A stretch of 64,000 nucleotides of DNA from Elusimicrobia bacterium GWA2_61_42 (GTDB lineage: Bacteria; Elusimicrobiota; Elusimicrobia; Elusimicrobiales; UBA9959): contig MGTU01000011.1 in assembly GCA_001799615.1 (NCBI GenBank), forward strand, positions 23,480 to 87,479, given 5' to 3'. The notes under the pieces are model-generated. The model was not told where the DNA came from and searched no databases. It saw nothing but the letters and a program-made list of their open reading frames with translations. Shown here in pieces: positions 1-10,162 of this stretch; position 1 is the stretch's first letter, and each line of letters opens with the position of its first letter. The translations under genes were made by a program, and so were the position numbers.

Positions 1-9
1 GCTGGCGCG

Positions 10-366
10 ATGAACGAGAAAGGGGCGCGGTACGAAGAACAGGCCGCGCTGTTCCTGAAAGCCGCGGGCTTCGAGATACTGGACCGTAACTGGTCGACCC
101 CCATGGGGGAACTGGATATCGTGGCGCGGAAGGGCGACACCGTGGTTTTCGTGGAAGTGCGGGCCAGGTCCAACCCGGGCTACGGCACCCCGGCCGAAAG
201 CGTGACGCCGGCCAAGCGGGCCAGGCTCATAAGGACGGCGCAGGCTTACCTGAAGGCCCGGCGCCCGGCGGCGGAAAGCTTCAGGTTCGACGTGATAGGC
301 ATAGTCCCGGGCGCGGAGCCCGAGCATATCGAGGACGCTTTCAGCGCCGACGGCTTCGGGTTCTAA
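10..366 (+). CDS. yraN: YraN family putative endonuclease (UPF0102)
   Basis: G.xxE.xA..fL...G..IL.RNW, GELDIVA, VFVEVR and RFDVI motifs; 118 aa. Confidence 0.92.
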   Translation: MNEKGARYEEQAALFLKAAGFEILDRNWSTPMGELDIVARKGDTVVFVEVRARSNPGYGTPAESVTPAKRARLIRTAQAYLKARRPAAESFRFDVIGIVPGAEPEHIEDAFSADGFGF

Positions 367-395
367 GGAACCGGGCCGCGGCTTAAGGAGACATC

Positions 396-1232
396 ATGGA
401 TTCTTCGGACATACTCGTGAACGTGGAAAATACCGCCCGCTGGCTCAAGAAAATAGCCGCGGGGTTCAGGCCCCAGACCGCCATCATCGCCGGCTCGGGG
501 CTGGGAAATTCCCTCCCCCGCCTGGAAGACAAGGTTTCTATCTCCTATAAGGATATCCCCGGTTTTCCCTCCACCACCGTCAAGGGCCACGCCGGCGAGA
601 TGGTTTTCGGGCGCATGGGCGGCAAGGACGTGGTGATGATGCGCGGGCGCTTCCATTATTACGAGGGCCGGCCGCTCAGCTTTATCGCTTTCCCCATAAG
701 GGTGCTGGCCGCGCTGGGCGTAAAGAACCTGCTGCTCACCGCCGCGGTAGGTTCGCTCAAGCCCGCGCTCAAGCCCGGCGATATGATCATTCTCCGGGAC
801 CACCTTAATCTGATGGGGGCCAACCCGCTGATGGGAAATTACCACGAGGCTTTCGGCGCCATGTTCCCGGACATGAACGAGCCCTACGACAAGGTTTTCC
901 GCCGCGAGGCCATGAAGCTGGCCCGCAAGTTCAAGATCCGCGCCCGCGAAGGCGTCTACACCGCCGTGACCGGCCCGTCCTACGAGACGCCGGCCGAAGT
1001 GAAAATGTACCGCCTGCTCGGCGGAGATATCGCCGGCATGTCGGTGGCCCCGGAAACCATCGCGGCCCGCCAGCTCGGGCTGCGCGTGGCCGGTTTCTGC
1101 TGGATCTCCAATTTCACCAGCGGCATTTCAAAGACCACGCTGACGCACGACGAAGTGCTGGCGCTGGGAGAAAAAGTATCCTCTAAAATGCGGGCCCTGC
1201 TGGAAGGCCTGCTTAATTCAAAGGCGGTATAA
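396..1232 (+). CDS. punA: Purine-nucleoside phosphorylase (trimeric type)
   Basis: GSGLG, GHAG, GRFHYYEG, GPSYETPAE and GMS motifs; SD AAGGAG upstream. Confidence 0.95.
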   Translation: MDSSDILVNVENTARWLKKIAAGFRPQTAIIAGSGLGNSLPRLEDKVSISYKDIPGFPSTTVKGHAGEMVFGRMGGKDVVMMRGRFHYYEGRPLSFIAFPIRVLAALGVKNLLLTAAVGSLKPALKPGDMIILRDHLNLMGANPLMGNYHEAFGAMFPDMNEPYDKVFRREAMKLARKFKIRAREGVYTAVTGPSYETPAEVKMYRLLGGDIAGMSVAPETIAARQLGLRVAGFCWISNFTSGISKTTLTHDEVLALGEKVSSKMRALLEGLLNSKAV

Positions 1233-1236
1233 AAAT

Positions 1237-2547
1237 ATGAGAATGATGGACCTGCTGCTCAAGAAGCGCTCCGGGCTGGAAATGACCGCCCCCGAACTGG
1301 AATTCATAGCCCTGGGCGCCGCCGACGGCTCCATTCCCGATTACCAGCTTTCGGCCTGGCTGATGGCCGCTTTCCTCAACGGGCTGACCCCGGCCGAAAC
1401 CGCCGCCTTCACCCGCGCGATGGCCCTTTCCGGGAAAAAACTGGACCTGTCCTCCGTTAAAGGCGCCAAGGTGGACAAGCATTCCACCGGCGGCGTCGGC
1501 GATGGCGTCTCCATCGCGCTGGCCCCCGTCGTGGCGGCCTGCGGCGTGGTGGTGCCCATGATGAGCGGGCGCGGCCTCGGCCACACGGGCGGCACGCTGG
1601 ATAAATTAGAGGCCATGAAAGGCTTCAACGTGCGGCTCGAGCCCGCCTATATCGTCAAACAGCTTAAGGCCACCGGCCTGTCCATGTTCGGCCAGACGGC
1701 GCAGCTCGCCCCCAGCGACAAGAAGCTTTACGCGCTGCGCGACGCTTCCTGCACGGTAGAGGCCCTGCCGCTGATCGTGGCCAGCATCCTCTCCAAGAAA
1801 TACGCCGAGGATATCACCGGGCTGGTGATGGACGTGAAGTACGGCTCCGGCGCCTTCCTGAAAGATTTCAAGAAGAGCAGGGAACTGGCCGTGGCGCTGA
1901 TGAAGACGGCCAAGCTGCTGGGCATCCGCTGCGTGGCCGTCATGACCGCCATGGACGAGCCGCTGGGGCTTGCCGTCGGCAACGGCATAGAGACCGCGCA
2001 GTCCATAAAGATCCTCGCCGGCGAGAAGGGCCCCGCGGATTTCATGCGCGTGCTGGAAGTCCTTTCCGGCTGGATGATCTACCTGGGCGGCAAGTCCCGT
2101 TCCGCCGCCGAAGGCGAGGAGAAGGCGCGCGCGGCCATCGCCGACGGCAGCGCCCTGGAAAAATACCGCCTGATGGTCAAATGGCAGGGCGGCGACGTGC
2201 GCGTCGTCAGCGACCCCGACCGCTTCATGCCCAAAGCCAGGCTGGTAAAAGAGATCAAGGCCGCGAAAGCCGGCTTCCTCACCCGCATGGACGCCCGCAC
2301 GGTGGGCTTTGCCAGCGTGGTGCTGGGCGCCGGGCGGGCCAAGGCCGAGGACGCCGTGGATTTCGGCGCGGGCTTTATCCTGGAGAAGAAGCCCGGCGAC
2401 CGCGTGAAGCCCGGCGACGTGATAGCGCGGACCTACGGCTCAAGCCCGGCGAAGCTGGCCGACGGCGTAAAGATGTTCGAGTCCTCGCTCGCGTACGGCC
2501 CGAAGGCCCCGGCCCGCGCGCCGCTGATCAAAGAGATCATTAAATAG
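1237..2547 (+). CDS. pdp: Pyrimidine-nucleoside/thymidine phosphorylase
   Basis: DKHSTGGVGD, MSGRGLGHTGGTLDKLE, LYALRD, SILSKK and DVKYGSGAF motifs. Confidence 0.95.
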   Translation: MRMMDLLLKKRSGLEMTAPELEFIALGAADGSIPDYQLSAWLMAAFLNGLTPAETAAFTRAMALSGKKLDLSSVKGAKVDKHSTGGVGDGVSIALAPVVAACGVVVPMMSGRGLGHTGGTLDKLEAMKGFNVRLEPAYIVKQLKATGLSMFGQTAQLAPSDKKLYALRDASCTVEALPLIVASILSKKYAEDITGLVMDVKYGSGAFLKDFKKSRELAVALMKTAKLLGIRCVAVMTAMDEPLGLAVGNGIETAQSIKILAGEKGPADFMRVLEVLSGWMIYLGGKSRSAAEGEEKARAAIADGSALEKYRLMVKWQGGDVRVVSDPDRFMPKARLVKEIKAAKAGFLTRMDARTVGFASVVLGAGRAKAEDAVDFGAGFILEKKPGDRVKPGDVIARTYGSSPAKLADGVKMFESSLAYGPKAPARAPLIKEIIK

Positions 2548-2555
2548 GAGACCGC

Positions 2556-3182
2556 ATGAAGAACGTTCACGTCTCGAAGCACCCGCTGGTGATGGACAAG
2601 ATCGCCCGCCTGCGGGACAGGAAGACCAGCGTGGTGGATTTCAGGCGCCTGATGGGCGAGCTGAGCATGTTCCTCGCGCATGACGCTTTCCTGCACGCCA
2701 AGGTCAAAAGCGTCAAGGTCCGCACCCCCATAGGCACCGCCAGGGCCATGCGCCTGTCCCACGACATCGTGTTCGTGGCCATACTGCGTGCCGGGCTGGG
2801 CATGGTGGACGGCCTTATCAAGCTGCATCCCGAGGCCAGGCTGGCGCATATCGGGATTTACCGCGATGAGGAGACCCTGAAGCCCGTGAAGTATTACGTG
2901 CGCCTGCCGGAGAACGTGACGGACAGCCTGGTGGTCATCGCCGATCCCATGCTGGCTACCGGCGGCTCCGCCGTGGAGGCCGTGGAAATAATGAAAAGCC
3001 GCGGCGCGAAGAATATATGTTTCATCTGCATGATAGCGGCCAGGGAAGGCCTGAAGCGCCTGGCGGCCGCCCACCCCGAGATGCCTATTTACGTCGGCAC
3101 GGTGGACGAGAAGCTCAACGGGAACGGCTACATAGTGCCGGGTCTGGGCGACGCCGGCGACAGGATGTTCGGGACGGACTAG
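2556..3182 (+). CDS. upp: Uracil phosphoribosyltransferase
   Basis: ILRAG, YRDEETL, DPMLATGGS and YIVPGLGDAGDRMFGT motifs. Confidence 0.97.
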   Translation: MKNVHVSKHPLVMDKIARLRDRKTSVVDFRRLMGELSMFLAHDAFLHAKVKSVKVRTPIGTARAMRLSHDIVFVAILRAGLGMVDGLIKLHPEARLAHIGIYRDEETLKPVKYYVRLPENVTDSLVVIADPMLATGGSAVEAVEIMKSRGAKNICFICMIAAREGLKRLAAAHPEMPIYVGTVDEKLNGNGYIVPGLGDAGDRMFGTD

Positions 3183-3198
3183 CTCCCGCAGAAAAAAC

Positions 3199-3230
3199 AA
3201 AAGGGACAGCTCGCGCTGTCCCTTTTTTTT
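3199..3230. terminator. Bidirectional intrinsic terminator
   Basis: AAAAGGGACAGC-TCGC-GCTGTCCCTTTT hairpin with A/T tracts, between convergent upp and the Crp/Fnr gene. Confidence 0.9.
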
Positions 3231-3243
3231 GCCCGGCCGCGGC

Positions 3244-3963
3244 TTATCTCTTGGCGTGCGGGTCCGCGATGCGGGTAAGCGTCGCGTGGTCCAGTATCTT
3301 TATGGCCTTGGTTTCGCGCTTTATGACGCTGCGCTTTTCCAGCTCGGCCAGCGTGCGCACTACCGTCTCCAGCGCCAGGCCGGTTATCTCGGCTATTTCC
3401 GTGCGCTTGAGGCCGTGGATGGCCGGGGTGGACGTGTCCTTGGATTTATAGGAAATGGCGTTCAGCAGCGCCCTGGCGACCTTGGAGCGGGCGGGCTTGT
3501 AAGCCGTGTCCTTCAGCTTGAGCTGCAGCGTGCGCATCTCCATGGACACCTTGGTGAGGAAAAGCTTGTAGGTCTTCGGGTGGTCGTTGAGGAACTGCTC
3601 CAGGTTTTTCCTGTCCACGAAAGAGAGGACGGTCTCGCCCATGGCGCGGCTGTTGCAGAGGTAATCGTTCTCGGAGAACAGGGCGATATGCCCGAAAGTC
3701 TCTCCGGGATGGCGTATCCAGGTGATCATCTGCTGGCCCTTGGCGTCGGTCGAGAAGACCTTGGCGCGCCCTTTGCAGACCGTGTAGACGCCGAGGGGCT
3801 TCTGGAATTCGGCGTAGATCCCCTCCTCGTCGGAAAATTTGCGTCCGAGTTTTATCGAGTTCCAGGCTTTCTGCGCCTGCGCGTCGAGCTTGTTGTAAAA
3901 ACAACTGGTCCGGAAGCGGCAAATACCGCAATCCGGAGCTTGATTTTTAGTGAATCGGTCCAT
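3244..3963 (-). CDS. Crp/Fnr family transcriptional regulator with N-terminal Cys cluster
   Basis: N-terminal CGICRFRTSC; cNMP-like beta-roll (GRAKV...PGETFG); C-terminal HTH RTEIAEITGLALETVVRTL. Confidence 0.9.
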   Translation of the reverse strand: MDRFTKNQAPDCGICRFRTSCFYNKLDAQAQKAWNSIKLGRKFSDEEGIYAEFQKPLGVYTVCKGRAKVFSTDAKGQQMITWIRHPGETFGHIALFSENDYLCNSRAMGETVLSFVDRKNLEQFLNDHPKTYKLFLTKVSMEMRTLQLKLKDTAYKPARSKVARALLNAISYKSKDTSTPAIHGLKRTEIAEITGLALETVVRTLAELEKRSVIKRETKAIKILDHATLTRIADPHAKR

Positions 3964-4073
3964 ATTCTCCCCCGTCCCGCTGTCGGGCTAACCTTATTAT
4001 ATCTTATTTCCGCTCCCGCCGTCATTTGCTAAACTATTGGGGACGAAAGCGCCGCTTATTAATTCGCTACGGC

Positions 4074-5528
4074 ATGCTAAAAGACCTCAAAGCCCTCGGA
4101 AAAGAATCCCTGATCTACGGCCTCTCCACGGTGGGAGCCCGCCTGCTCAATTTCCTGCTGATGCCGTTCTACACGCACTACCTGCTGCCGGCGGAGTACG
4201 GCGTAGTAGCCACGGTGTTCTCCTACATAGCGTTCCTCAATATCCTCTACCAGTACGGGATGGACCAGGCGTACATGCGCCATTACGACCACAAGGAAAA
4301 AGCTTTTTCCACGGCTTATTCCTGCGTGCTGGTAACCTCCGTGCTGTTTTCCGCCGTGCTGGCCTGCTGTCCCTCCTTCTGGGCCGGCCTGGGCGGCATA
4401 GGCGCGGAGCGCGGCAACCTCGTCCTTTACGCCGCGGCCATCCTGTTCCTGGACAGCATTAACGTCCTGCCTTTCGCCGACCTGCGCATGGCGCACAAGC
4501 CGTTCTATTTCGCGGGCGTGCGCATGTTCTCCATAACCCTGAACGTAGTTCTCAATATCGTTTTCCTCACCCGCCTGCACATGGGCATAGAAGGGGTTTT
4601 TCTGGCCAACGTTATCTCTTCGCTGGCTTCGGTGGCGGCCGTGCCCAAGCGCTTCACCTTCACCTTCGACCGGGAACTGTTCGGCAAGCTGGCGGCTTAC
4701 GCCCTGCCGCTGCTGCCGGCCGGCCTGGGCGCCATGGCCGTGCAGGTGATAGACCGCCCCATACTGCTGCGCCTGGCCGGGGAAGCCGCCGTGGGCGTCT
4801 ATCAGGCCAATTACCGCCTGGGGATCTTCCTGGTGCTCGTCGTCAGCATGTTCGACCAGGCCTGGCGGCCCTTCTTTATCGAGCGCGCGGACAAGCCGGG
4901 CTCCCCGGCCGTGTTCGCCCGCGTGCTTACTTATTTCACGCTGGCGCTGGTCTGGCTGGGCATGGCGCTCGCGTTCTTCATCCCGGACCTGGCCCGGTTC
5001 CAGGTGGCCGGCCGGCCGCTCATCCACGAAAGCTACTGGCCCGGCCTGGGCATCGTGCCCGTGGTGCTGTTCGCGTACCTGGTCAACGGGATCTACGTGA
5101 ACCTGCTGGCGCCTGTCATCATCGCCAAAAAAACCAAGGTGATAATGCTGGCCACGCTGCTGGGCGCGCTGGTGAGCGTAGCCGCCAATTTCGCGCTGAT
5201 CCCGGTGCTGGGCATCCTGGGCCCGCCGTGGGCCGCTTTCGCCGCCTATTGCGTGATGACGCTGACGGTCTATTTTTACGGGCGGCGCTTGTTCCCCGTG
5301 CCTTACGAACTGAGGCGCCTGGCCCTCGTGGCCGCGGCCGCGCTGGCGCTGTGCGCGCCGGCCCTGGCCGGCTGGGTCCACGCCGGGTGGCAGTGGACCG
5401 CCTACCGCCTGCTGGCGCTTTCGGCTTACCCTGTGCTGCTGCTCGCTTTCGGTTTCTTCCTGCCCGAGGAAAAGCAAAAAGCCTGCGTGCTCTTCGGCCG
5501 CACCCCCGTCTGCCTTTATAAAGAATAG
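4074..5528 (+). CDS. Oligosaccharide flippase (Wzx/MOP family)
   Basis: LGKESLIYG start, PFYT..L.PAEYG, DR..L and many TM helices; start moved to ATG 4074. Confidence 0.85.
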   Translation: MLKDLKALGKESLIYGLSTVGARLLNFLLMPFYTHYLLPAEYGVVATVFSYIAFLNILYQYGMDQAYMRHYDHKEKAFSTAYSCVLVTSVLFSAVLACCPSFWAGLGGIGAERGNLVLYAAAILFLDSINVLPFADLRMAHKPFYFAGVRMFSITLNVVLNIVFLTRLHMGIEGVFLANVISSLASVAAVPKRFTFTFDRELFGKLAAYALPLLPAGLGAMAVQVIDRPILLRLAGEAAVGVYQANYRLGIFLVLVVSMFDQAWRPFFIERADKPGSPAVFARVLTYFTLALVWLGMALAFFIPDLARFQVAGRPLIHESYWPGLGIVPVVLFAYLVNGIYVNLLAPVIIAKKTKVIMLATLLGALVSVAANFALIPVLGILGPPWAAFAAYCVMTLTVYFYGRRLFPVPYELRRLALVAAAALALCAPALAGWVHAGWQWTAYRLLALSAYPVLLLAFGFFLPEEKQKACVLFGRTPVCLYKE

Positions 5529-5549
5529 CCCGCGGGCCCAGCCCGGCAT

Positions 5550-5592
5550 AGGTCTTTGGACACTTTCGTTCTTTCCCCTCCTGCCGTATAAT
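5550..5592 (+). promoter_or_regulatory. Palindromic box AGGTC-TTTG-GACAC, 23 bp, then -10 TATAAT
   Basis: Box 5550-5563, TATAAT 5587-5592, ATG 8 nt later. Confidence 0.6.
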
Positions 5593-5600
5593 TAAAAGAC

Positions 5601-6872
5601 ATGTCTCTCAAAAATTTCGCGCGCGCGGCCTGCGCTTTGCTTTGCGCCTCCGGCGCTTCACCAGTTTATTCGGCCGGCCTTAGCCTGGATGCGAAGGACC
5701 TGGCGGCGCAGTCCGCCCCGCCTGCTCCCCCGGCGCCTTCTGCCGTCAGGGACTGGACGGTGATGTATTTCGTCAACGGCAAGAATAACCTTGAGAGTTC
5801 CGCCATGATGGACCTGAACCAGATGGAGCTGGCCGGCAGCACGGCCCGGGTGGCCATAGTGGCCGAGCTGGGCCGCATGAACGGCCAGGAGGGCGACGAT
5901 CACAGCGAGGGCGACTGGACCGGCGTGCGCCGCTACCATATTAAAAAAGACCGCGATACTTCGCGCATAGCTTCCCCCGTCCTCCAGAACCTGGGCCGGG
6001 CGGATATGGGCTCCTGGAAGGAGCTGGTTTCATTTATCAGCTGGAGCAAGGCCAACTTCCCCGCCCGGCGCTACGCCCTGGTGATGTGGGACCACGGCAA
6101 CGGCTGGAAGCCCGTGGACCCGGCCAACGCCCATGACTTCGGCGATCTGAAGGGTTTTTCCCTGGACGACGAGACAGGCAGCGAGATCTCTACCCCGCAG
6201 ATAGCGGCCGCGCTGAAGGCCGCGGGCGGGGTGAACTTCCTTATGCTGGACGGCTGCAACATGGCCATGGCCTCGGTGGCCTATGAAGTGAAGGACTACG
6301 CGGAGGCGCTGACGGCCTCGGAGGAGACCGAACCGGGCGTAGTGGTGCGGTACGCCCAGTTCCTGGGCCTGCTTAACGCCAGGCCCTCCATGGGCGCCGA
6401 GGAGCTGGCGGTCAACACGGTAAGGACCTACCGCGATTATTTCACGGCCGCCGCCGGCGACAATGAGGGCGCCCCGGCGACGCAGTCGGCGCTGCGGCTT
6501 TCAAAGATGCTCCCCTTGCGCGTCAAGCTGGACGCCTGGGCCGCCGCCGCCCGGCGCGCGGAGCCGGAGGTGCTGGCGCGGGCCAGGGCCGAAGCCAGGA
6601 TCTTCGGCGAGGATCCGGAGTACAAGGACCTTTATGATTTTGTGGGCTTGGTCACGGCCGGCACGGCCGACGCGGAGCTGAAGGCGCTGGGCCGGGATTT
6701 TATGCTGTTCTTCAAGACGGAACTGATCATAGAGAACTGGGCGCAGGACAAGGCAAGCCACGGCCTGTCCGTCTATGTGCCCGAAGTCTACGACCCCCTT
6801 TACGGCGGCCTGGCCTGGGCGCGCGACGGCGCCTGGGACGATTTCGCCGCGTTTCTCGCGAAGGGGCGGTAA
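5601..6872 (+). CDS. Secreted clostripain-family (C11) cysteine peptidase
   Basis: Signal peptide; WTVMYF.NG.NNL, MWDHGNGW (catalytic His), LDGCNM (catalytic Cys), ASEE.EPG. Confidence 0.88.
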   Translation: MSLKNFARAACALLCASGASPVYSAGLSLDAKDLAAQSAPPAPPAPSAVRDWTVMYFVNGKNNLESSAMMDLNQMELAGSTARVAIVAELGRMNGQEGDDHSEGDWTGVRRYHIKKDRDTSRIASPVLQNLGRADMGSWKELVSFISWSKANFPARRYALVMWDHGNGWKPVDPANAHDFGDLKGFSLDDETGSEISTPQIAAALKAAGGVNFLMLDGCNMAMASVAYEVKDYAEALTASEETEPGVVVRYAQFLGLLNARPSMGAEELAVNTVRTYRDYFTAAAGDNEGAPATQSALRLSKMLPLRVKLDAWAAAARRAEPEVLARARAEARIFGEDPEYKDLYDFVGLVTAGTADAELKALGRDFMLFFKTELIIENWAQDKASHGLSVYVPEVYDPLYGGLAWARDGAWDDFAAFLAKGR

Positions 6873-6874
6873 GG

Positions 6875-7633
6875 CTATTTTTCCTGCTGGAGATCGCCGA
6901 AGGCGCTTACGCCGAGGATGGTGGTGGCCAGGCAGAAAACGGCGATGGCGCCCAGGTCCGCCCACACCGTAAAAGCGCCCTGGCCCAGCATTATGATCCT
7001 CAGCAGGTCCACGGAGTAGGTGACCGGGTTTAAAAGGCTTAAGACCTGAATGTACCGCGCCGAGGTGGCCAGGTCGAACAGGGCCCCGCTGAAAAAAAAC
7101 AGCGGCCAGGTCAAAAAGCTCATCACCAGCCCGAACCCCTCCATGGATTTCATCCGGGCGCCGATGGTCAGGCCCATGTTGGTTACCAGGTAGGACATGG
7201 GCAGGGCGGCCGCCAGGCACAGCAGCGCCTTCCAGACATTAAGCGGCAGGATGAAGATGGCCCCGATCGTCAGCAGCATCAGGATCTCGATCATGGCGCC
7301 CAGCATGCCGCCCAGCGACTTGCCGACGAACAGCGTCGAGCGCGAGATGGGCGCCGCCAGCACTTCCTTCAAAAAATCCAGCCGCTTGTCCCAGATGATA
7401 TACAGCCCGTACGTGATGGAGGTGAAAAGTATCACCATGGCCATTATGCCCGGAAAAATGAACTGCTGGTAGGTGTAGCCCGGCACCGGGCTGTGGCCGC
7501 CGGCCAGGCCCTCGCCCATCACGAACAGGAACAGCAGCGGCGAGATCAGCATGGAAACGATGCGCTCCTTCTCGCGGAAGAAGATCTTGACCTCGCGCAG
7601 CAGCAAAGCGTAAACGGCGTTCAGGTTTATCAT
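6875..7633 (-). CDS. ABC-2 type transporter permease
   Basis: Y.QFIFPGI, LKEVL.AP.SR, P.FFFSGA and LNP.TY.VD motifs; start set at ATG 7633. Confidence 0.9.
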   Translation of the reverse strand: MINLNAVYALLLREVKIFFREKERIVSMLISPLLFLFVMGEGLAGGHSPVPGYTYQQFIFPGIMAMVILFTSITYGLYIIWDKRLDFLKEVLAAPISRSTLFVGKSLGGMLGAMIEILMLLTIGAIFILPLNVWKALLCLAAALPMSYLVTNMGLTIGARMKSMEGFGLVMSFLTWPLFFFSGALFDLATSARYIQVLSLLNPVTYSVDLLRIIMLGQGAFTVWADLGAIAVFCLATTILGVSAFGDLQQEK

Positions 7634-7652
7634 AGTAGGTCGGCTGCCCGGG

Positions 7653-8627
7653 TCATTTCCCCTGGGTTTTATTGACGGCGATCCTTTCAAAGATGCTTTC
7701 GGAGTGCTCTTCGGCGTCCTCGCTGATCTGCTGGCCGGCGAACTTCAAAAACACGTCGTCCAGCGTCACGCGGCGCACCTCCACTTCCTCTATCCTGCCC
7801 CCGGCGTTGAGCAGCGCCTGCAGGTTCGCGCCCGCGTTCTCCATGCTTATCGTGAAGCGCCCGTCCCCGCGCTGCACGCTGTCTACGAAAGGCAGCGCCC
7901 TTACGGCGGCTTCGTTGATGTCGCCTTTGAGGAAGACCAGGTCCTGTCCGACCTTTTTCTTCAGGGCGGCGGGGGTGTCCAGTTCTATGATCTTTCCCTT
8001 GTTGATGATAGCGATGCGGTCGGCGAGGCTGTCGGCTTCTTCCATGTAATGCGTGGTAAGGATGATGGTGGTGTTGTGTGTTTCCTTGAGTTCCCGGATG
8101 TGGGTCCAGACGGCCTTGCGGCTGGCCGGGTCCAGGCCCAGGGTCGGCTCGTCGAGGAAAAGTATTTTAGGGCCGTGGATGAGCCCCCGGGCTATCTCGA
8201 GGCGGCGGCGCATGCCGCCGGAGTAGGTCTTGACCAGGCTGTCGGCCCTGTCGGCCAGGTTCACGAGGCCCAGCATGGTCTCTATCTTCGGGCGTATCTC
8301 CCGGCGGGGCACGCCGTAGAGCATGGAGTGGAGGTAAAGGTTTTCCCGCCCCGTCAGCAGGTCGTCCACGCTGGGCTCCTGGAAGACTATGCCGATATTC
8401 CTGCGCACTTCCAGCGATTCGGTCCGGATGTCCCGGCCGGCCACCAGGGCTGTGCCGGAGGTGGGTTTTACCAGCGTGGCCAGCATGCTTATCAGCGTGG
8501 TCTTGCCGGCGCCGTTGGGGCCCAGCAGCCCGAACACTTCCCCGTCGGGGATTTCCAGGGAGACGCCGTCTACCGCCGTCACTTCGGAGTAGCGCTTTAC
8601 TAGGTTTTGGATCTTGATCGCGGGCAT
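7653..8627 (-). CDS. ABC transporter ATP-binding protein (DrrA-like)
   Basis: GPNGAGKTT, YSGGMRRR, LFLDEPT and TTHYMEEA; start set at ATG 8627. Confidence 0.93.
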   Translation of the reverse strand: MPAIKIQNLVKRYSEVTAVDGVSLEIPDGEVFGLLGPNGAGKTTLISMLATLVKPTSGTALVAGRDIRTESLEVRRNIGIVFQEPSVDDLLTGRENLYLHSMLYGVPRREIRPKIETMLGLVNLADRADSLVKTYSGGMRRRLEIARGLIHGPKILFLDEPTLGLDPASRKAVWTHIRELKETHNTTIILTTHYMEEADSLADRIAIINKGKIIELDTPAALKKKVGQDLVFLKGDINEAAVRALPFVDSVQRGDGRFTISMENAGANLQALLNAGGRIEEVEVRRVTLDDVFLKFAGQQISEDAEEHSESIFERIAVNKTQGK

Positions 8628-8637
8628 AAGGGGTTTC

Positions 8638-9498
8638 CTACAGGTTCTTTTCGAAGAACGCGCTGAGCCGTCTTTCGTATTCATTGCCGGCCTTGTACCA
8701 GTTCTCGCCGTGGCCGGCGCCTTTCACCACCCACAGCTCCGCCGCCGGGTTGGCCGCCTTTATGCGCGCGGAGTTGGCCGGCGGCACCTGCGTGTCGGCG
8801 TCGCCGTGCACCAGCAGTATGGGCGTCGCGATGGCAGCGGCGCTCCTGGCCGGGTTCACCGCGTTTATGTTCACGCCCATCAGCAGGAAACTCCAGGCTT
8901 TCATCATCGCCAGCAGCGGCTTGCGCCACACGCCCCAGGAATGGAAAACATGGTCCAGTTCTCCGGACAGGTCCGCGTAGGGCGCGTCCAGTACGCGGGC
9001 CCGGATAAAGGGGTTCTTTGAAAGCAGCACGGAAGCGCCGCCCATGGAGAACCCGAAAGCCCCGGCGCCGTTCTTGAAACCGCGGCTTTTCAGGAAGTCG
9101 ACGGCCGCGTCCAGGTCCCGCACCTCGCGCGCTCCCCCGGTGGAGAAGAAGCCGCCGCTCTTGCCCGTGGCCCTGAAGTCGAAATAGAGCAGGTTGAATT
9201 CCCTGGCCAGGAAAACGGTCAGCCCCAGCACGTCGGACTTGTCCATGGGATAGCCGTGGCAGACGATGACGGCTTTTTTGGCGGTCTTGTGCGGGATGAA
9301 CCAGGCGTCGAGCTCTATGCCGTCGGCCGTCTTAAGCTTTACGGCTTCCGGCTTGAGCCCGAAATCCCCCGGCTGGTAGGAGCCGGTATAGCGCTTGGGG
9401 TGAGCGTAAAGCCAGAAGAACACCAGCGAGAAAAAAGCATAGAGCAGGGCCGGGTAGAAGACCAGGCGCCAGGCGATCTTAAAAGCCAGCGTGTTCAT
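8638..9498 (-). CDS. Membrane-anchored alpha/beta hydrolase
   Basis: N-terminal TM helix; HG, GFSMG nucleophile elbow, HG.AD and GAGH. Confidence 0.88.
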   Translation of the reverse strand: MNTLAFKIAWRLVFYPALLYAFFSLVFFWLYAHPKRYTGSYQPGDFGLKPEAVKLKTADGIELDAWFIPHKTAKKAVIVCHGYPMDKSDVLGLTVFLAREFNLLYFDFRATGKSGGFFSTGGAREVRDLDAAVDFLKSRGFKNGAGAFGFSMGGASVLLSKNPFIRARVLDAPYADLSGELDHVFHSWGVWRKPLLAMMKAWSFLLMGVNINAVNPARSAAAIATPILLVHGDADTQVPPANSARIKAANPAAELWVVKGAGHGENWYKAGNEYERRLSAFFEKNL

Positions 9499-10157
9499 CC
9501 GCCCCCCGTCATCGGCACGAAGCGCACCGCGCAGATAGTCTTGCGCTCAGGCCCCGAGGCGGTCTTTGTGATCAGCAGCAGGTCCTGGCTGTCCTTGCCC
9601 CCCACCGGGATGACCAGGCGGCCGCCCGCTTTAAGCTGCTTAAGCAGCTCCGGCGGCACTTCCGGCGCCGCGCAGGTCGCCAGGATGGCGTCGTAAGGGG
9701 CTTTATCCGCCCAGCCGGCGGCGCCGTCCCCCGTCTTGAAATTTATATTCCTGCAGCCCAGTTTGGCCAGCCTTTCGGCGGCCCCGCGCGCCAGCTCGGG
9801 CAGGATCTCGACGGTGTAAACTTCGGCGGCCAGTTCGGCCAGCACGGCGGTCTGGTAGCCGGAGCCCGTGCCCACTTCCAGCACGCGCTCCCCTCCCTGC
9901 AGCCCGAGCAGCTCGCTCATCAGGGCCACTATGTAAGGCTGGGAGATGGTCTGGCCGGCGGCGATCGGCAGCGGGTAATCCTCGTAAGCGCGGCTGACCA
10001 TGTCCTCGGTGACGAAGCAGTGCCTGCACACTTTTTCCATGGCCGCCAGCACGCGGGGGTCTTTTACGCCGCGGGACTGTATCTGGTCCTTTATCATGGC
10101 CCGTCGGATGAAGCCCAGGTAGTCCCCGTAGTGCTTGTCCAGGAGTTTCTGTATCAT
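9495..10157 (-). CDS. pcm: Protein-L-isoaspartate O-methyltransferase
   Basis: AYEDYPLPI, GQTISQPY, VLEVGTGSGY, APYDAI and VRFVPM motifs. Confidence 0.95.
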   Translation of the reverse strand: MIQKLLDKHYGDYLGFIRRAMIKDQIQSRGVKDPRVLAAMEKVCRHCFVTEDMVSRAYEDYPLPIAAGQTISQPYIVALMSELLGLQGGERVLEVGTGSGYQTAVLAELAAEVYTVEILPELARGAAERLAKLGCRNINFKTGDGAAGWADKAPYDAILATCAAPEVPPELLKQLKAGGRLVIPVGGKDSQDLLLITKTASGPERKTICAVRFVPMTGGG

Positions 10158-10162
10158 CGTTG

